A stretch of 37,316 nucleotides of DNA. It comes from Oligoflexales bacterium (GTDB taxonomy: Bacteria; Bdellovibrionota_B; Oligoflexia; Oligoflexales; Bog-1112). Shown here in pieces: positions 1 through 8,826 of this stretch (within the stretch, counting starts at the first letter, position 1; the number at the start of each line of letters is the position of its first letter). The notes beneath the pieces were generated by a model that saw only the letters and a program-made list of their open reading frames with translations, searched no databases and was not told the origin of the DNA. The stretch spans positions 1 through 37,316 of the forward strand of contig JBGCDR010000092.1 of assembly GCA_045105515.1 (NCBI GenBank). Direction: 5' to 3'. Made by a program: the position numbers and the translations under genes.

Positions 1-391
1 TCTAAAGATCGGCATTGTGTTGGCGGTAAATATAGACACCGACACCGCCGTGATTTTTTTTACATAATTAAAATCATCGGAAACTCTGTCATAAATCAAT
101 TTTAGAGGATCTTTCTACAGATTAGGTCCTAGATGCCAGAATATAAGTAGGGCTAGGAGGCTTATAGAATCTGTTTTTCTAATCTACTCCTTGACTCTAG
201 CTTGCCGACTTACCAAATGATAAGAAATCTAAAAAATGGTAATCACCAAAAAATTAAAATTGCAAAATAACTTGCTAAAAATTGAAATTTTAAGGCCATA
301 TCGAAGTTACTCGCAGATCAATAGCATTTCCAATTATGAAAATTATAGTGCTAGAATGGGGATATGCGAAAAAATATCTAAGGAGGCAATA

Positions 392-610
392 ATGTACTGT
401 TGTGATAGAAAACTCAGCAAGTGCGCGCTGTTTTACAAGCAAATCAACCTCACATATTTAGGTTTTTTTTGTCAGTCTTGTCATACTAAGTATGAAGAAG
501 ATATTTCCGAACTTATTAATTTTAAAGGAAGTGAGTTAGAGCTAATAAATTTTAAACCAAGCCTTAAGCCCGCAAAGAATAGTGTTCAAGTTCTTTTCTA
601 CCAACTTTAA
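392..610 (+). CDS. Small Cys-rich hypothetical protein (72 aa), possible zinc ribbon
   Basis: Lies inside ORF 236..610. A perfect SD (TAAGGAGG, 379-386) precedes ATG 392. Protein MYCC...FCQSCH, with ELINFK occurring twice. Confidence 0.5.
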   Translation: MYCCDRKLSKCALFYKQINLTYLGFFCQSCHTKYEEDISELINFKGSELELINFKPSLKPAKNSVQVLFYQL

Positions 611-1404
611 TGCAGTGGAGCTGGATAAACAAAATCTCTACCATACCTCATATTCTTAACATATGAGGTACTATCTTGCTTAGGTTCGAAGGAATATCCA
701 AATAGTGCGAGCATCCGTAGACGCTCCCCCTCCACTGGGGTAACGCGATGAAGCGTATTCTGCCCTTGAAATAAAACCAGGCTACCTGCAGGAGCATTCA
801 GCGTCTTTACATCCCTACGGGATCCATTGACTGTATCCTTCACTTTATCAAAAGCTTCGTTGTCCTGTAACTTAATATTATGAATATATTCAAAATCTCC
901 TCCAGCATTTGCTTGCTGAATCATGATAGTCACAACGAAGTGGGCTAAGTCGAAATGCCACCTAACTGCGTCACTGTCCTGCATCAGCGCGTAATTCAAC
1001 CTACCGAGAGGGCATGCATACTGATATATTTTGCCGCGATTAACTATGTCCCCAATAAAATCTGTTAAATGCTGGCTATCATATATTTGCCTTAGAGCAG
1101 AATCTTCTGGGATTTGGTCGTTGGCAATTACCCCAATATTAGTTTGCCCCTCAATGCGTCTGATATGGCCTTCTGGAAGAGATAAATCAATGGGTTCAAG
1201 AAATACGTTGCTAAGCTCATTATTTTGATATAATTGAGGCCTCAACCCATTTGCTTCTTCAACCAATAATTCTAACTGATCCGGAGCAATAAAGTCTAGG
1301 AGAACACAGACACCTTGTTCTATAAAACTTTGACGAAACCACTCAATTTCCTCTTGGTATTTGGGGCTAGATCGATCTAAATGATATTTTGATGAGTTGA
1401 TCAT
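607..1404 (-). CDS. Fe(II)/2-oxoglutarate-dependent oxygenase, BesD/HalD-like family, HxD (hydroxylase-type) triad
   Basis: WHFD...FVVTIMIQ...GGDFEY...LFQGQNTLHRVTPV...R gives HxD...H plus the 2OG-binding Arg. Start moved to ATG 1404, which follows GGAG. Confidence 0.8.
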   Translation of the reverse strand: MINSSKYHLDRSSPKYQEEIEWFRQSFIEQGVCVLLDFIAPDQLELLVEEANGLRPQLYQNNELSNVFLEPIDLSLPEGHIRRIEGQTNIGVIANDQIPEDSALRQIYDSQHLTDFIGDIVNRGKIYQYACPLGRLNYALMQDSDAVRWHFDLAHFVVTIMIQQANAGGDFEYIHNIKLQDNEAFDKVKDTVNGSRRDVKTLNAPAGSLVLFQGQNTLHRVTPVEGERLRMLALFGYSFEPKQDSTSYVKNMRYGRDFVYPAPLH

Positions 1405-1428
1405 GTTGCTCCATTCCAATCGAGAGAG

Positions 1429-2334
1429 CTAGAAAAGTTCTGCTATCATACAGCGAACTCCTCCCCCTCCTAAAATTTCTATAGTCGGTACTGGAAACTT
1501 AACTATATTTTGAACATGCTTTAAGATAGTAGCTTTTTGAGATGAAGAAAAGCTGAGATAAGCTCGCTCAGACATTGCCAGAATTTTTTCCCCTTTACCA
1601 TCTAATAATTCAATGACATTGCCACAAAAATGATTCATCTGTTCTTGCGTAATCTCAATCAGCTCGTGGTGTTGCAAAAGCTGTTTCTTTAACTTACTTC
1701 GCTCATGCTCACACTCAATGCAACTTAAACATGCGATAACATGAGAACTTCCAACCGAAAGCATTACATTAGTATGGTATATAGGAGTATTAATTTGGGA
1801 TGTAAAGCTGTAAAGCTGATAACTCATTTTAGCAGCCCAGCGGGAAGCCAAGCTAAAATGAGAACGCCCCGATATAGCCATATAAGCAATTTTATGAACC
1901 CTATCTAAGACTAACGACCCTGTACCTTCTAGAAATTCTGGTGGATATTGTTGCTCACTTTGGCTAAGATCCCAGGATTTTTCGTATTGAGATTTTAAAT
2001 ATGCGATCAACTGTCTACTTCGCTCTTCACGACGATTCGCAACTTTCAATGGATACAACACTAATTTGGAATCAGCTCCCAAATCACGGTGAGTAGAAAA
2101 CCAATTATTTGGAAAAACCTTATCGGGGCTCTTAATATCATCTAAAATCGCAGTATATACTTGTACTCCAAAAATTTCTAATTGAGCCTTTAAACCTTCC
2201 CATTCCTGCAAAGCCTTAGATTCAGATTTGAGAATATCAGCTGGATGGTGGGCAAATAGATTATCCTCGGCTGCATCTGAATTAAAGCCAAAGCCAGTTG
2301 GTTTAACCATAAGAATTGAGTTACTTGATTGCAT
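1429..2334 (-). CDS. ctlX: Amidinotransferase/pentein superfamily hydrolase, CtlX-like (citrulline utilisation / arginine deiminase-related)
   Basis: Motifs MVKPTGFGFN, PDKVFPNNWFSTH, LEGTGSLVLDR, YHTNVM and GGGGVRCMIAE (catalytic Cys). Confidence 0.8.
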   Translation of the reverse strand: MQSSNSILMVKPTGFGFNSDAAEDNLFAHHPADILKSESKALQEWEGLKAQLEIFGVQVYTAILDDIKSPDKVFPNNWFSTHRDLGADSKLVLYPLKVANRREERSRQLIAYLKSQYEKSWDLSQSEQQYPPEFLEGTGSLVLDRVHKIAYMAISGRSHFSLASRWAAKMSYQLYSFTSQINTPIYHTNVMLSVGSSHVIACLSCIECEHERSKLKKQLLQHHELIEITQEQMNHFCGNVIELLDGKGEKILAMSERAYLSFSSSQKATILKHVQNIVKFPVPTIEILGGGGVRCMIAELF

Positions 2335-2346
2335 AAAAATTGAAGC

Positions 2347-5300
2347 TCATTTTAATCGGATTAACAAATCCCCACTTTCAACCATATCATCTTTTTTCAC
2401 AAGAATCTGGGAAATCTCCCCTGTAGTTCTTGCAGTAACCGCATATTCCATTTTCATGGATTCGGTCACGATTAGTACATCCCCTTTGTTAACAAGTTCA
2501 TTTTCCTTTTTCATGACTTCAATAACTTTTCCAGGCATCGGAGCAGGAACATGTTTCTCGTTGCCAGCATCGGCTTTTTCTCTACTTGTTTGAATAGTGT
2601 CATGAGATTGATCCAAGACTTTCACTTCTCGGCCAAAGCCATTTAATTTAAAAAAGACTGTTACATTTCCTTCTACATCACGTTTTGAAATACCCTGCAA
2701 TGAAATATATAGTGTTTTACCCTCTTCAAGATCAACCTCAATTTCCTCCCCCTGCTTCATTCCATAAAAGAAAATTGGAGTGCTTAATTGAGAAGTAACA
2801 TATCCATATTTCTTAATATGATCTTGGTAGTCAAGAAAGACTTTGGGATATAAGCGATAACTTAAGCTCTCACGATTCTCTACCTTACGGCCTAAGATTT
2901 CTTCAAGTTTTGTTGTAACAAGCTCGAGACAATCGTCTTCCTCGATTTGAGGGGATTCTGGAGCAGGAGGATTTTCACCCAAGACCATTTTACGAACATT
3001 TTCAGGAAAGCCTCCGTAAGGAATGCCCATGTGACCTTTGAAAAAGCTTACCACAGAATCTGGAAAATCAAGATCATGCTTCTCTTTCAAAAGGTCATGA
3101 GCTCCGACATTCTGTTTGTGCAATAAAAGAGCAAAATCTCCCACAACTTTTGAAGAGGGAGTGACCTTAATGATATCTCCAAAAAGCTCATTAACCTCTT
3201 TATACTTATTTGTTAATTCATAGAACTCATGAGCTGAAAGCCCGACTTTTTTAGCTTGCTCATAAAAATTTGAATACTGTCCACCTGGGATCTCATGGAC
3301 ATACACATCTGTGGATGTTGCTCTAATCCCTGGATCAAAAGCATGATAGATTGAACGCACTCCTTCCCAATAACGGGCGAGCTCATCGGTTACTTCAAGG
3401 GTTACATTGGGCTTAAACTCCTCTCCAGTCAATGATGCGATAAGCGCATTCAAACTCGGTTGTGATGTCAAACCACTCATAGAACTGATAGCACCATCGA
3501 CAATCTCGCAACCAGCTTTCGCAGCTTCTAGTAGCATAGCAACCCCAGCTCCTGAGGTATCATGAGTGTGAAGATGAATAGGAAGATCAGTATTTTCTTT
3601 TAAGCCGTATATTAAACGTTGCACAGCCTTAGGCTTTAATAGACCAGCCATATCTTTGATGCAAAGAATATCAGCTCCCATCTGCTCCAGTTCCTTAGCT
3701 ACCTTTATATAGTAGTTCAAATCATATTTTGTCCGGCTAGGATCAGTGAGATCTCCAGTATAACAAAGGCAGAGCTCAGCAATTGCTCCCTCTTTTTTTA
3801 CGGCTTCCAATGCAACCTTCATTTTATCAGGCTGATTCAAACAATCGAAAATACGAAAGATATCGAGACCTGTGCTAACAGTTTCTTTGATAAACTCTTC
3901 AACAACCCACTTCGGATAATTCGTATATCCAACAGCATTGTCACCCCGAAGCAACATCTGCAGCAAGACATTGGGTATAGCCTCTCTTATTTTTGCCAAC
4001 CTATCCCATGGATCTTCCTTAAGAAAACGCATTGAAGTATCAAAAGTAGCACCTCCCCACACTTCTAATGAAAAAAAATCTTCTCCAAACTGAGAATAAA
4101 ATGGCGCTGCCCCTAAAATATCTTTAGTTCTTAGCCTCGTGGCAAACAAAGACTGATGTGCATCTCTCATGGTAGTATCAGTAAGCAGCAGCTTTTTTTG
4201 TTCCTTAATCCAACGGACTAAGCCGCTACTACCTTCCTTCGCAAAAACCTGCTTACCACTCTTATTTGCTGGTCTAGTTTTATTATCACCTTTATCTAAA
4301 AATTCAATGCGCTGCCCATCAATAGATCCTCTTCTTAGGCTGTCTTCCAGATCATGAGGATTATTAACTGTGACTTCTGATAAATACCGTAACACCTTAG
4401 TAGCTCGGTCTTTTGGCAACGAGTAATTAAAAACCTCAGTGTGCTTTTCTAAAAAACTAGTATTGAAACCACTATCTAAAAAAGCCTGATGCTTCATAAT
4501 ATTTTTAAGTAAAGGTATATTGTGCTTGACACCTCTAATTCTAAATTCTGATAAACTTCTAAACATTTTTGCTGCAGCACCCTCGAGGCTAAGCCCATGC
4601 GCAGTTAATTTCACCAGCAAGGAATCATAATAGGGAGTAACTTCGCCCCCGGTGGTCCCATGACCTTCATCGAGACGAATACCGAAACCAGCAGCTGGTC
4701 TATATGCAATAAGACTCCCAGTATCAGGTGCAAATTGATTCAATGGATCTTCCGTGGTAATCCGGCATTGAATAGCAATTCCCTTTGCAGAAACGGTATC
4801 CTGCCCTTTTACCCCAATCCGGGGATCACTCAGAGGAACACCAGCCGCAACCAAAATAGAAGCCTGCATTAAGTCAATACCGGTGATCATTTCTGTCACA
4901 GTATGCTCTACCTGTATTCTAGGATTGACTTCTAAAAAATAAGGATTTCCATCCGAATCCACAAGAAACTCGACTGTGCCCAAACCAAAATAAGAAACAT
5001 GCCTGGATATCTTTAATGCTTGATCATAAATAGATTGTCTTGTTTTCTCTGTGATACCTATGGCGGGAGCAACCTCGACCACCTTTTGATTACGCCTTTG
5101 AATTGAGCAATCTCTCTCAAAAAGGTGGACGATTTGTCCGGATTTATCTGCCAATATTTGAACTTCAATATGTTTCGGGTTCACAATAGTTTTTTCGAGA
5201 TATATTTCACTTCTTCCAAAACTTGCTTTGGCTTCCGACTGAGAACGTTGGAAAGCCTCTTCCAATTCTTTTTCACTTTCAACTTTGCGAATCCCTTTAC

Positions 5301-5808
5301 CACCCCCTCCTGAAACGGCTTTCAAGGTCACTGGGTAGCCTAATTTAGACGCCAAATCACAAGCTTGAGCAAATGACTCTAGTGGCTCTAAAGTTCCAGG
5401 AATCACCGGTAAGGCAGCTTCTTGCGCAATCTTGCGAGCTGTTACCTTATCCCCAAAAGCTTCTAGGACCTCAACTGGCGGGCCAATAAAGGTGATTCCA
5501 GCATCAGCACATTTTTTTGCAAAAATTGCATTCTCTGAAAGAAAACCATAGCCTGGATGAATTGCATCAATCTTTACTTTTTTTGCTAGGGCAATGATAC
5601 CGTCCATATCAAGATATGCTGCTAGTGGAGAACCCTTTTCACCCACCTTATATGATTCATCAGTTTTGTAACGGTGCAGAGCAAAGCGATCTTCGTGAGA
5701 ATAGATTCCCACGGTAACGATGCCTAATTCAAAAGCAGCTCTAGCAATTCGAATTGCGATCTCGCCTCTATTTGCAATTAAAATCCTATTGAATGGTAAT
5801 GTTTCCAT
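2347..5808 (-). CDS. pyc: Pyruvate carboxylase (single chain)
   Basis: Biotin carboxylase domain (IANRGEIA, HPGYGFLSEN, ERDCSIQRR), carboxyltransferase domain (RDAHQS, WGGATFD, IKDMAG, HLHTH) and biotinyl domain (MKM); 1153 aa. Confidence 0.97.
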   Translation of the reverse strand: METLPFNRILIANRGEIAIRIARAAFELGIVTVGIYSHEDRFALHRYKTDESYKVGEKGSPLAAYLDMDGIIALAKKVKIDAIHPGYGFLSENAIFAKKCADAGITFIGPPVEVLEAFGDKVTARKIAQEAALPVIPGTLEPLESFAQACDLASKLGYPVTLKAVSGGGGKGIRKVESEKELEEAFQRSQSEAKASFGRSEIYLEKTIVNPKHIEVQILADKSGQIVHLFERDCSIQRRNQKVVEVAPAIGITEKTRQSIYDQALKISRHVSYFGLGTVEFLVDSDGNPYFLEVNPRIQVEHTVTEMITGIDLMQASILVAAGVPLSDPRIGVKGQDTVSAKGIAIQCRITTEDPLNQFAPDTGSLIAYRPAAGFGIRLDEGHGTTGGEVTPYYDSLLVKLTAHGLSLEGAAAKMFRSLSEFRIRGVKHNIPLLKNIMKHQAFLDSGFNTSFLEKHTEVFNYSLPKDRATKVLRYLSEVTVNNPHDLEDSLRRGSIDGQRIEFLDKGDNKTRPANKSGKQVFAKEGSSGLVRWIKEQKKLLLTDTTMRDAHQSLFATRLRTKDILGAAPFYSQFGEDFFSLEVWGGATFDTSMRFLKEDPWDRLAKIREAIPNVLLQMLLRGDNAVGYTNYPKWVVEEFIKETVSTGLDIFRIFDCLNQPDKMKVALEAVKKEGAIAELCLCYTGDLTDPSRTKYDLNYYIKVAKELEQMGADILCIKDMAGLLKPKAVQRLIYGLKENTDLPIHLHTHDTSGAGVAMLLEAAKAGCEIVDGAISSMSGLTSQPSLNALIASLTGEEFKPNVTLEVTDELARYWEGVRSIYHAFDPGIRATSTDVYVHEIPGGQYSNFYEQAKKVGLSAHEFYELTNKYKEVNELFGDIIKVTPSSKVVGDFALLLHKQNVGAHDLLKEKHDLDFPDSVVSFFKGHMGIPYGGFPENVRKMVLGENPPAPESPQIEEDDCLELVTTKLEEILGRKVENRESLSYRLYPKVFLDYQDHIKKYGYVTSQLSTPIFFYGMKQGEEIEVDLEEGKTLYISLQGISKRDVEGNVTVFFKLNGFGREVKVLDQSHDTIQTSREKADAGNEKHVPAPMPGKVIEVMKKENELVNKGDVLIVTESMKMEYAVTARTTGEISQILVKKDDMVESGDLLIRLK

Positions 5809-5842
5809 CGTCTCTGCTTTCTTGTTAATTTTTAATTACCCT

Positions 5843-5953
5843 CTCAGCCTTTCCGACTTTTGATGGTACAACGGCATCTTCGGCAGGCCTAAACAGCTGT
5901 CACCATATCAGGATTATCAATTATTGGAAAAGGGTGCAACACCAGCCGCTGAG
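5843..5953 (-). promoter_or_regulatory. Candidate structured 5' leader RNA of pyc
   Basis: Nested stems on the minus strand: CUCAG/CUGAG, CUUUUCC/GGAAAGG, AUGGU(G)ACAGC/GUUGUACCAU, and a side hairpin GGUG/CACC. No known riboswitch family recognised. Confidence 0.35.
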
Positions 5954-6086
5954 CCTTTTAGTTAGATAAATACAAATTAAGTATGGTTGGAATAAAGATG
6001 GTATATCAGTATCGAAAACTAATTTGGTGTAAAATATAAAAACGATAAATTGAAAAAATAAGAGTTCGTAGCTAGGAGTTAGCAAA

Positions 6087-6722
6087 TTGTTTAAGTACAT
6101 CATCTTTCTAAGTAGCATTACTTTCTATAGTCAAGGAAAAGCTGTTACAAATTCTTTCCAGAACGTGCCCATTCATTTTATATCCACTGATTTCGAAACT
6201 AAAAATCCAAATTATATGAATATCATAATTAAAAAACTTCGACTCTTCAGTCAAATTGCCGGGGATGAAGAAATCGTCAAATCAGTCAAGGATCAGAATT
6301 CTAAGAAACTTGGTAAAAAGCTAATTTTAGAGCGAGACAAAGAGTGGAAATCTACCCTGAAAGAGACGGAGACAAAAAAAATGCTAAAAATAAGGAAGGT
6401 TAGTAGGTATCTAAAATACGTTACAACTAATAAGTATAAAGAAATTTTAAGCGAGGCATTTCTCACTGATAATCAAGGCGCAAATGTTGCCGCTTTTCCC
6501 TTAACCTCTGATTACTGGCAAGGTGATGAAACAAAATGGCAAAAAGCTATGAATTCTGGCAATTGTCAGATTGTAATTGGTGACAACAATTATGACGAAA
6601 GTGCAGATAGTAAGATTATTCAGGTATCAATACCAGTCTATGATGGAAAATTTGGTACTGGAAACTGTATTGGAGTCTTAATTATTGGGATAAAAGACTT
6701 ATACATTAGGAAAAACCTGTAG
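6087..6722 (+). CDS. Secreted stand-alone PDC/Cache-like sensor domain protein
   Basis: AGGAG SD before TTG; signal-peptide-like N-terminus; motif EAFLTDNQGANVA...TSDYWQGDExKW...YDESA...QVSIPV...IGVL; no second TM helix or output domain. Confidence 0.7.
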   Translation: MFKYIIFLSSITFYSQGKAVTNSFQNVPIHFISTDFETKNPNYMNIIIKKLRLFSQIAGDEEIVKSVKDQNSKKLGKKLILERDKEWKSTLKETETKKMLKIRKVSRYLKYVTTNKYKEILSEAFLTDNQGANVAAFPLTSDYWQGDETKWQKAMNSGNCQIVIGDNNYDESADSKIIQVSIPVYDGKFGTGNCIGVLIIGIKDLYIRKNL

Positions 6723-6909
6723 AGATCTGCCTGCTTTCTTACGCATACTACTAAAAATTATTGAAATTAAAAATTAAATGCAAGCAACAATTATCTATAA
6801 TTATTAGATATTTCTATCAATAAATATTTGAACTAAAATATTCCTTAAATATTGTCGATATGAAACATGTAGTTAAAATCTGGCATGGTTTTCTGCATAG
6901 GAGCGTCAA

Positions 6910-6990
6910 ATGGAGCCTAAGAAACCAAAACAAACGAAAAGGAGCTCTCCAATCGCATCACTTATTGGTATTAACAGTGAGTTCAATTAG
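6910..6990 (+). CDS. Candidate 26-aa small protein MEPKKPKQTKRSSPIASLIGINSEFN
   Basis: AGGAG lies 6 nt before ATG 6910, and a sigma28-like element lies at 6834-6861. Confidence 0.25.
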   Translation: MEPKKPKQTKRSSPIASLIGINSEFN

Positions 6991-7402
6991 ACTTTATACG
7001 ACTACGAATGAGCTTATAAGTTTCTTCAAGCGTGCTGGCATATTTTTCTTCATCAGATATTTCGTTCAAACGTTGTGCCGCCACGCAATCATTAACCAGA
7101 TAATTTAAATATTCTTGGACAGAAGCTGCTTCTTTTTCGGATCTTTTTTGCTTCCAAAAATAACCGTAGCACGCTTGTAAATACCTAGTATATCCGACTG
7201 AAAGTGAAAGAATCTTTTTTTCAATTTTTCGCGTTTCGTTTAAATCTTCCTTGAATACGGTAATGCAGGAATTTTCAAGCATTTCTCGAAAATCTTTATT
7301 ATGGATAAAAATTTCGAATTTTCTTCGACCTTTATAACGCTTAATCTGACATATATCATCGGAGTAATAACGATCTTGCAAATTATCCTCTACATTTAAC
7401 AA
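6983..7402 (-). CDS. Hypothetical protein
   Basis: 139-codon ORF in AT-rich DNA with a helical, charged composition; start uncertain. Confidence 0.55.
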   Translation of the reverse strand: MLNVEDNLQDRYYSDDICQIKRYKGRRKFEIFIHNKDFREMLENSCITVFKEDLNETRKIEKKILSLSVGYTRYLQACYGYFWKQKRSEKEAASVQEYLNYLVNDCVAAQRLNEISDEEKYASTLEETYKLIRSRIKSN

Positions 7403-7584
7403 AATTTGAAATCTAATCTACCGCATACTCTATGGCTATAAAACGAATCTTAGGTTTTGTAAAGAGCTATATTGCCAGTATTATCTCTTTATTTTTTCCA
7501 ATCGCTCACAAACACTGATTTTAGAATAAAGACGTTTAAGCCGAAGGATAACTTAATTGTCTAGTCCAATAAAGGAGAGCTTGA

Positions 7585-8811
7585 GTGTCTGCAGCGAATC
7601 CGAAGAAGATAATTGACGACTTATCTGAGCATGTGGAAAAGAAAGTAAAAAAACTTGCTATTATTGCCGCACGCAAAGCTGTGAGAAGCTTATGGAATGC
7701 TAGCTTTTCTCAAGCCATAGAAAAAGAAATAAAACTATTGTGCACTCAAAGTATTAACCACATGGAAGTGGGCAAAGTCGCAAAATCCCACTCTAAAATA
7801 AAAAACAATAAGAATAAAGAAGATTCTTCAATGGAAGCTGAACGAGTTATTCCACAAGTTCAAAGTCCTGAGCATGATGAGGAAGTTACAGTCTCAAATA
7901 ACCTCAATCAGATAAATGAAGAAAAAATTAAAGAAGATGCTAGTCTAACTAGTTCTCATTCTCCCAAAAATGATGAGCAGAAAACCCAAGTCAAAGATAC
8001 ATCAACGGAAAAAAATCAAGTAGATGCACCATCACCAATTGAAGATACCTCTAAAAACGATTCTAAAAGTACAGTTAAGCCCGGACTTGAAATTGAAGAA
8101 CCATCACTTTCTTCTCGGTCTACAACAACTGAAAATTCCGAATTACTGAATCAGGTAAAAAAAGTATCCAACGGTAACGCTGTGGCTCAAATTGACCTTC
8201 TATTCCTACAAATTCTCGACACATTCGTAGTAAAAATTGCAAGTTTGGCTCGTAGCTCTACAGAGTACATTTTAGAAGTTTCTAACAGTTTTCTTGATGA
8301 AAAAGCTAAAAACGCCCTAGTTGATTTTCACAACCTATATTTCGGCGAAAATAGCATTGGTGAGACATCGAAAAAAATAAATGCAGAAATCGATGATATG
8401 CTCGAAAATTTGCAGAGCATTCTCGATGAAGGTAAAGAGCTTACCTTAAACAGTATCGAAGAAAGCGAAGAAGGAAAACTCAACCGCTTAAGCTTATCAG
8501 GACTACAAAAGCGTCTTGAGATGATAATAAGTATGGATGCAGGTATTAAACAAAAACTCATCCCTATCCTCCACAGTATGCAATTTGAAGATTTCCTCAA
8601 TCAAAGGCTTCTGCACATAAGGAAAATGTGGGCTCATGTTATTAGCATGGAATCAAGCAAATCAAATATAGATTTAGAAAAATTGAAAGAAACATTAGCT
8701 AAGTATCCTTCATCTATGGATGAACGAGAAGACTTTTACAATATTGTATTGAAAAAAGAACCGCCAGAGGGACTCAAGGAGCGGCAGTCGCTAGTAGACA
8801 TCCTATTCTAA
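7585..8811 (+). CDS. CheZ-like (DxxxQ) helical protein with a long low-complexity linker
   Basis: AAGGAG SD before GTG; MQFEDFLNQRL motif; C-terminus LVDILF; S/E/K/N-rich region at about aa 70-190. Confidence 0.55.
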   Translation: MSAANPKKIIDDLSEHVEKKVKKLAIIAARKAVRSLWNASFSQAIEKEIKLLCTQSINHMEVGKVAKSHSKIKNNKNKEDSSMEAERVIPQVQSPEHDEEVTVSNNLNQINEEKIKEDASLTSSHSPKNDEQKTQVKDTSTEKNQVDAPSPIEDTSKNDSKSTVKPGLEIEEPSLSSRSTTTENSELLNQVKKVSNGNAVAQIDLLFLQILDTFVVKIASLARSSTEYILEVSNSFLDEKAKNALVDFHNLYFGENSIGETSKKINAEIDDMLENLQSILDEGKELTLNSIEESEEGKLNRLSLSGLQKRLEMIISMDAGIKQKLIPILHSMQFEDFLNQRLLHIRKMWAHVISMESSKSNIDLEKLKETLAKYPSSMDEREDFYNIVLKKEPPEGLKERQSLVDILF

Positions 8812-8826
8812 GCAAGGAGTTTTCGC

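Noticed and set aside
607..1404. Oxygenase as a halogenase
   Set aside because: The metal triad is HxD (WHFD). Radical halogenases of this family replace the Asp with Gly or Ala.
5843..5953. Glycine or lysine riboswitch (GCCGAAG, GAAAGG, CTCTCAG words)
   Set aside because: The words are in the wrong order or on opposite strands for either family. Kept only as an unclassified structure.
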